Assembly: GCA_947461105.1 (NCBI GenBank)
Contig: CANHIG010000002.1
Location: 1 to 62,662 of the forward strand
Length of the DNA: 62,662 bases
Source: Bacteroidota bacterium
GTDB lineage: Bacteria > Bacteroidota > Bacteroidia > Chitinophagales > LD1
Direction of reading: 5' to 3'
Every line of letters begins with the position of its first letter. Positions within the stretch are counted from its first letter, which is position 1. A program made the translations under genes and the position numbers. The notes below the pieces were generated by a model. The model was not told where the DNA came from, made no database searches, and saw only the letters and a program-made list of their open reading frames with translations. Positions 57,824-62,662 of this stretch are shown here, piece by piece.

Positions 57824-58297
57824 ATGCAACTAGTATATGACTACAAATTACAGGATATAAACAATCAACCGTTTGATCTTTCAGCCTTTAAAGGCAAGAA
57901 AATTTTATTAGTGAATACCGCATCTGCATGTGGGCTAACCCCACAATATGCGCAGCTGCAAGAACTCCACGAAAACTATAAAGATAAAGTTGCAGTAGTT
58001 GGGCTGCCTTGCAATGATTTTGGCGCTCAGGAACCGGGCACTGAAAATGAAATCAAAACTTTCTGTGAAACAAACTTCAATGTCACATTTCCCCTTACTC
58101 AAAAAGTGAAAATAAAAGGCGATGATATTTCTCCTATTTATGAATTTCTCACCAAGAAAGAATTGAACGGATTGGAAGACAGCGAGGTCATATGGAATTT
58201 TCAGAAGTATTTGATTGATGAAAACGGAGAACTGGAGGCTGTGTTTCATCCCAAAACAGAAGTATTGAGTGAAGATTTCCTAAAGCATCTTTCATGA
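57824..58297 (+). CDS. gpx: Glutathione peroxidase (Cys-type)
   Basis: It has LLVNTASACGLTPQY, WNFQKYL and LPCNDFG. The active-site residue is encoded by TGT, not TGA. Confidence 0.9.
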   Translation: MQLVYDYKLQDINNQPFDLSAFKGKKILLVNTASACGLTPQYAQLQELHENYKDKVAVVGLPCNDFGAQEPGTENEIKTFCETNFNVTFPLTQKVKIKGDDISPIYEFLTKKELNGLEDSEVIWNFQKYLIDENGELEAVFHPKTEVLSEDFLKHLS

Positions 58298-59487
58298 AAT
58301 TTGAGGAGGTAGTAGGTCAGGATGACATCAAATCAAAGCTTGTAGCTCAAATAAATTCAGGCAAAATATCTCATGCTGTGTTGTTTGCAGGAAACGAAGG
58401 CACAGGTGGCTTGCCAATCGCTTTGGCGCTTTCTCAATTTTTGGTTTGTGAAAAAAGAAATAACACTGCTGCATCGGATGGCGGACTTTTTGGAGCGCCA
58501 GCGCCAGAAGAACAAATTGTTTTGAACGACTCATGTGGAATTTGTCCGGCATGTCTAAAAGCTCAAAAACTTATTCATCCAGATATTCACTTTACTTTTC
58601 CGGCAATCAAAAAAGACACTAACTCTGCTGGAATAAGCAGTGAGTATATCACAGAATGGAGACAGGCGGTAGCCCACTTTCCATACATGAATCAAAATGA
58701 ATGGATGCAGTCTATAAATGCCGAAAACAAACAAGGGAATATCAATGTAGGTGAGTGCAAAGAAATTATCAGACAAATAAGCCTAAAAAGCTTTGAATCG
58801 GCATATAAAATTCAGATAGTGTGGATGGCTGAAACGCTGAAAGAAACAGGCAATGTATTGCTGAAACTCATCGAGGAGCCTCCTGTAAATACCATTTTCA
58901 TCTTTGTAGTAGAGCAAATTGATCTGATGCTCACCACAGTTCTATCAAGAACTCAAATCATAAAACTTCCTCCTGTTTCTGTAAATGCCATCGAAAATTA
59001 TCTGCAATCCGAAAAGAATATTGTAGCTAAAGACGCCAATAAAATTGCGAGAGTTGCCGATGGTAATGTGAGAATGGCATTGCAGCTCACAGAGTTGCAG
59101 ACCAATGAATTTCAGGGGATTTTACAGCAATGGTTTTCTACCTCCGCTAGATTACTTGGAAGTGCAAAAGCAGAAGCTAGCGTGACTTTAGGTCAAATCA
59201 CGGAAGTTTTCCAAAAAATGGGCCGTGAAAATCAAAAAGGCTTTTTGCTCTATGCCGGATGGATACTCAGAGAGATACTGATGATTTCCCAAAATCTCGG
59301 TTCCGAAAAACTACAAGACGCAGAATTAGATTTTGCCACAAAAGTGGCTACAAAAATCAATGTAGAAAAAGCAAAAGAAATCAATATGCTCCTGAATCAG
59401 GCAAGCTATCACATAGAAAGAAATTCGAATCCAAAAATTACATTCTTCTCACTTTCCTTCAAACTCTGCCATATCTTTAACGCTTGA
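58294..59487 (+). CDS. holB: DNA polymerase III delta-prime subunit-like AAA+ protein
   Basis: It has ISHAVLFAGNEGTGG, KLIEEPP and SRTQ motifs. It overlaps gpx by ATGA. Confidence 0.8.
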   Translation: MKFEEVVGQDDIKSKLVAQINSGKISHAVLFAGNEGTGGLPIALALSQFLVCEKRNNTAASDGGLFGAPAPEEQIVLNDSCGICPACLKAQKLIHPDIHFTFPAIKKDTNSAGISSEYITEWRQAVAHFPYMNQNEWMQSINAENKQGNINVGECKEIIRQISLKSFESAYKIQIVWMAETLKETGNVLLKLIEEPPVNTIFIFVVEQIDLMLTTVLSRTQIIKLPPVSVNAIENYLQSEKNIVAKDANKIARVADGNVRMALQLTELQTNEFQGILQQWFSTSARLLGSAKAEASVTLGQITEVFQKMGRENQKGFLLYAGWILREILMISQNLGSEKLQDAELDFATKVATKINVEKAKEINMLLNQASYHIERNSNPKITFFSLSFKLCHIFNA

Positions 59488-59606
59488 TGTGGTTATTTGC
59501 ATAATTCTCTTAAATTCGTGATGCGACTGACCGGAATGAGCGTTATAATGCTTATCCTTTGTCAGCAATTTTGATAAATAATAGGTGAGCGATAAATATA
59601 TAAGTT

Positions 59607-60908
59607 ATGAGCTGTGGGTCATGTGGGTCTAAGGACGGTAAAACAAGCGGTTGCGGGAGTGGCGGAAGCTGCTCATCTGGTGGGTGTAACCGAAATAATG
59701 TATTCGATTGGTTTTCATTCATGCCAACATCCTCTTTTGAAAACTTCAACATTATTGAGGTTTCTTTCAAAAAAGGTGCCCGCAAAGGTTTTTACAGAAA
59801 TGTAAATAATCTTGATTTATACAAAGGACAACTGGTAGTAGTAGAAGCGGCTCAAGGTTATGATGTGGGAGAGGTAAACCTACAGGGAGAACTGGTGCGT
59901 GCTCAAATGAAAAAAAGACGCATCACCGAACGAGATGATACCATCAGAAATATCATGCGACTGGCAACAGAGGAAGACATCGATATTTTCCTTGACGGCA
60001 GAAATAAAGAAAACGATACTATGGTAAGAGCGCGCGCCATAGCCCGTTCCATGAATCTGGAAATGAAAATCGGAGACATAGAATTTCAGGGCGATGGAAA
60101 AAAACTTACTGTTTATTACATAGCTGACGGCAGAGTAGATTTCAGAGAATTAGTGAAAGTATATGTCAGAGATTTCAAGGCAAAAATCGAAATGCGCCAA
60201 ATAGGAGCAAGACAAGAGGCAGGCAGAATTGGCGGAATTGGAACATGCGGCAGAGAACTTTGCTGCTCTACCTGGCTACAGGATTTCAAATCTGTAACCA
60301 CTCAAGCTGTCAGATACCAAAACCTCTCTATCAATACCGAAAAAATGAGCGGGCAATGTGGCAGATTGAAATGCTGCCTCAATTATGAGCTGGATACCTA
60401 CAACGATGCGCTCAAAAAACTCCCTAAAAATGCGGAGAAAATTGAAACTGCCGGAGGAACGGCTTACCTCAGAAAAAATGAAATTCTAAAGAAACTCATG
60501 TGGTATAGTTTAGAATCTACTCCCGGAGTTTTTTATAAACTCGACATAGAAACAGTTCAACAGCTTTTGTGGATGAATAAACAGGGAGAAAAACCCGAAG
60601 CTTTAGGCACGTTCACTGTGGCTGAAGAAAAAACTGTTGATGAATCTAAACATGAAGATTTAGTGGGCCATGTGAGCCTTTCGAGTCTGGAAGAGAAAGA
60701 CAGAAGAAATCGTCAGGGCAACAGAAATCGCAACCAAGGCAATCGTCCGCAACAACAAAACAAAAGCTCTCAACAACAAAACAGCCCTAAAGAAGGAGAA
60801 CAAAAAACACAACAAAATAATCAACCAAGGAAAAACCCTAATCAGAAATTCATAAATAAAAATCAACCTAACAGAGGGCCAAAAGACAAACCTAATGAGC
60901 AGAATTAA
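59607..60908 (+). CDS. PSP1-domain protein (YaaT/RicT-like) with a Cys/Gly-rich N-terminus and a Q/N-rich tail
   Basis: It has a PSP1 core (FQGDGKKLTVYYIADGRVDFRELV...GRELCCSTWL...GRLKCCLNYE). The position after holB mirrors the Bacillus holB-yaaT order. Confidence 0.8.
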   Translation: MSCGSCGSKDGKTSGCGSGGSCSSGGCNRNNVFDWFSFMPTSSFENFNIIEVSFKKGARKGFYRNVNNLDLYKGQLVVVEAAQGYDVGEVNLQGELVRAQMKKRRITERDDTIRNIMRLATEEDIDIFLDGRNKENDTMVRARAIARSMNLEMKIGDIEFQGDGKKLTVYYIADGRVDFRELVKVYVRDFKAKIEMRQIGARQEAGRIGGIGTCGRELCCSTWLQDFKSVTTQAVRYQNLSINTEKMSGQCGRLKCCLNYELDTYNDALKKLPKNAEKIETAGGTAYLRKNEILKKLMWYSLESTPGVFYKLDIETVQQLLWMNKQGEKPEALGTFTVAEEKTVDESKHEDLVGHVSLSSLEEKDRRNRQGNRNRNQGNRPQQQNKSSQQQNSPKEGEQKTQQNNQPRKNPNQKFINKNQPNRGPKDKPNEQN

Positions 60909-61395
60909 AAAAGATTTTAAACTTCTGGCAGCATTTAGTATACTCCTTTTTTTAGCTTCTTGTGATGCAAACAGAGTGTTCGAAAAAAACATAGATATTG
61001 CAAAAGAGCTTTGGGACTATGATGATGTAAAAAAGTTTGAGGTTGACATTCAGGATACATCAATTAGATACAATATCGGGGTAAATGTGCGCCACTCTTT
61101 TCAGTTTGAATGGAGGAATGTATATGTGCAAATAGGCACTACACTGCCTGATGGTAAGAAGTTGAAAAAAAGAGTGAATCTGCTATTATCAGAACCTGAT
61201 GGCAAATGGTACGGAAAGTGTTTTGGGGACAATTGTTTTCTTCATATTCCAATTCAGTCTAACTTTATATTTCCTATAAAGGGCAAATACACTTTTACCA
61301 TAAAGCAGGATATGAGACAAAACCCGCTAAAGTTCATGAAATTTGTTGGGCTCAGAATTGAGAAGTCATCTGAAGTCAAGACCTCCGAAAATTAA
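60895..61395 (+). CDS. gldH: GldH-like gliding-motility lipoprotein
   Basis: The 166-aa protein has a lipoprotein signal (LLFLASCD). Its size and W..Y/F-rich pattern are as I remember for GldH. It overlaps the PSP1 gene by 14 nt. Confidence 0.6.
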   Translation: MSRIKKDFKLLAAFSILLFLASCDANRVFEKNIDIAKELWDYDDVKKFEVDIQDTSIRYNIGVNVRHSFQFEWRNVYVQIGTTLPDGKKLKKRVNLLLSEPDGKWYGKCFGDNCFLHIPIQSNFIFPIKGKYTFTIKQDMRQNPLKFMKFVGLRIEKSSEVKTSEN

Positions 61396-62342
61396 TCGGC
61401 AATTTCAATATCAAACTGCACTAAATCTATAAACTCTCTTACTCTATCTTCTATTTCCTTATGCGTCAGATTCTTTAATCTCTCTGTTCCGAATTTCTCT
61501 ACACAGAAAGAAGCCATTGCTGAGCCATAGATGATTGCACGCTTCATATTTTCAAATGAAATATCTCTGGTTTTATCCAGAAAGCCACAGAATCCTCCTG
61601 CAAAAGTATCTCCCGCACCAGTAGGGTCAAAAACATCTTCAAGTGGCAAAGCAGGAGCAAAAAACACGTTATTTTCATGAAATAACAATGCGCCATGTTC
61701 TCCCTTTTTTATAATAAGGAATTCAGGCCCCATGGTGAGAATTTTTTTCGCTGCTTTCACTAAAGAATATTCTTTGGAAAGCTGACGCGCTTCTGCATCA
61801 TTTATGGCTAGGACATCTATTTTGGCGATCACTTTCATCAAATTATCCCAAGCTATATCCATCCAAAAGTTCATGGTATCCATCACTACCAATTTGGGTC
61901 TTACAGGTATTTGATCGATTACTTTCAACTGTAGCGCAGGATCAATATTTCCGAGCAATAAAATATCGCTCGCTTTGTATTCATTGGGAATTATTGGATT
62001 GAAATCTGCCAAAACATTCAAATCAGTAATTAGAGTATCACGGGAATTCATATCCAAGTGGTATTTCCCACTCCAGAAAAAGGACTTTTCTCCTTTTTTC
62101 ACTTCAACGCCTTGTGTATCTATTTTACCACGCGATTTGCTTTTCGCATCAGTATTTTTGAGCAAGTCAAGTTCATTCATGTCGAAATCATCCCCGATTA
62201 CAGATACTATATTTACTTGTTTTGAAAAGTAAGAAGCAGACCAGGCAATATATGTGGCCGCTCCGCCAACTATTTTATCAGTTTTGCCAAATGGGGTTTC
62301 AATAGCGTCAAAAGCAACAGTGCCAACAGTTAATAAACTCAT
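61392..62342 (-). CDS. PfkB-family carbohydrate kinase
   Basis: It has GGAATY near the N-terminus and DPTGAGDTFAGGF near the C-terminus. Confidence 0.85.
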   Translation of the reverse strand: MSLLTVGTVAFDAIETPFGKTDKIVGGAATYIAWSASYFSKQVNIVSVIGDDFDMNELDLLKNTDAKSKSRGKIDTQGVEVKKGEKSFFWSGKYHLDMNSRDTLITDLNVLADFNPIIPNEYKASDILLLGNIDPALQLKVIDQIPVRPKLVVMDTMNFWMDIAWDNLMKVIAKIDVLAINDAEARQLSKEYSLVKAAKKILTMGPEFLIIKKGEHGALLFHENNVFFAPALPLEDVFDPTGAGDTFAGGFCGFLDKTRDISFENMKRAIIYGSAMASFCVEKFGTERLKNLTHKEIEDRVREFIDLVQFDIEIAD

Positions 62343-62416
62343 TGTAAAAAATTTAGGGGCAAATATTGTGTATTTATTGTCAAAGTCCTATAATTGCACT
62401 CCGTTTTTATAAACAT

Positions 62417-62490
62417 TCCTCCTTAGCTCAGTTGGTTAGAGCACATGACTGTTAATCATGGGGTCCTTGGTTCAAGCCCAAGAGGGGGAG
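62417..62490 (+). tRNA. tRNA-Asn (anticodon GTT)
   Basis: It folds by hand as a cloverleaf. The acceptor is TCCTCCT/AGGGGGA, the D arm is GCTC...GAGC, the anticodon loop is CTGTTAA and the T arm is CTTGG-TTCAAGC-CCAAG. No CCA is encoded. Confidence 0.9.
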
Positions 62491-62491
62491 C

Positions 62492-62516
62492 AAAGCCACC
62501 GAAAGGTGGCTTTTTG
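62492..62516 (+). terminator. Intrinsic terminator after tRNA-Asn
   Basis: AGCCACC-GAAA-GGTGGCT is followed by TTTTTG. Confidence 0.8.
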
Positions 62517-62566
62517 CGTTTGAGGAAGTAGGTGTTGTGAGTTTATTATACCTGTCTCTGAAAACA

Positions 62567-62662
62567 TCACTTAAATGTCTTCCACTTATCCTTCTTAGCA
62601 TCATTATTGAGTTTGATGCCTATGGTTACAAAAAAAGTAAGCGGCTCTGCGGGAATAATTCC
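62567..62662 (-). CDS. Possible 3' end of a minus-strand gene extending beyond the window
   Basis: The minus-strand frame is open from the window edge: GIIPAEPLTFFVTIGIKLNNDAKKDKWKTFK, then a stop. It is too short to assign. Confidence 0.3.
   Translation of the reverse strand, partial: GIIPAEPLTFFVTIGIKLNNDAKKDKWKTFK

Noticed and set aside
57935-57946. A possible selenocysteine in glutathione peroxidase.
   Set aside because: The active-site residue in NTASACGLT is encoded by TGT (Cys), and there is no in-frame TGA. This is an ordinary Cys-type Gpx.
59614-59805. An alternative-frame 63-aa ORF and an antisense 77-aa ORF (59552-59785) over the 5' end of the PSP1 gene.
   Set aside because: Both overlap the Cys/Gly-rich coding region, where GC-rich codon repeats keep several frames open. 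Neither has motifs or a plausible start context.
62343-62416. A promoter call for tRNA-Asn (TATAATTG preceded by TTG).
   Set aside because: The spacing between the candidate elements fits neither the sigma-70 nor the Bacteroidota -33/-7 architecture. I cannot support it without transcript mapping.
1-62662. A search for CRISPR arrays, integrases, transposases, phage genes, toxin-antitoxin pairs, restriction-modification genes and other known defence modules.
   Set aside because: I found no regularly spaced direct repeats and no ORF with recombinase, nuclease-methylase or recognised defence-family motifs. The tRNA-Asn at the right edge has no adjacent integrase within the window.

Overview
This is a low-GC chromosomal segment, most likely from a Bacteroidota genome. 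The taxon inference rests on three T9SS C-terminal sorting domains, a PorP/SprF gene, a GldH-like lipoprotein, a DUF1573 protein and a fused E1 alpha/beta dehydrogenase. About 60 densely packed genes are mostly housekeeping: tatC, rpiB, PBP1A, RelA/SpoT, pyrC, icd, lpxH, prfA, priA, recJ, holB and one tRNA-Asn. I found no CRISPR array, integrase, transposase, restriction-modification gene or recognisable defence gene, so this does not look like a mobile or defence island. Six things deserve a second look. (1) A tightly coupled ABC-HlyD-TolC export operon whose ABC ATPase domain keeps Walker A but has lost the Q-loop, signature, Walker B and H-loop consensus, with no cargo gene nearby. (2) A compact ACP / KAS-III / ArnC-like GT2 / PseH-like GNAT cluster facing an unassigned GT-A-like gene, which suggests an undescribed acyl-aminosugar or lipid modification route. 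(3) A TerC membrane protein co-transcribed with a soluble TerB-like J-domain protein. (4) A T9SS subtilase with a degenerate catalytic Asp box, translationally coupled to kynurenine 3-monooxygenase. (5) A CbbR-like LysR regulator divergent from a long gene string that ends in an SbtA-like transporter. (6) An unassigned protein with four CxxC motifs. All functional calls come from reading the supplied translations. No database search was run.
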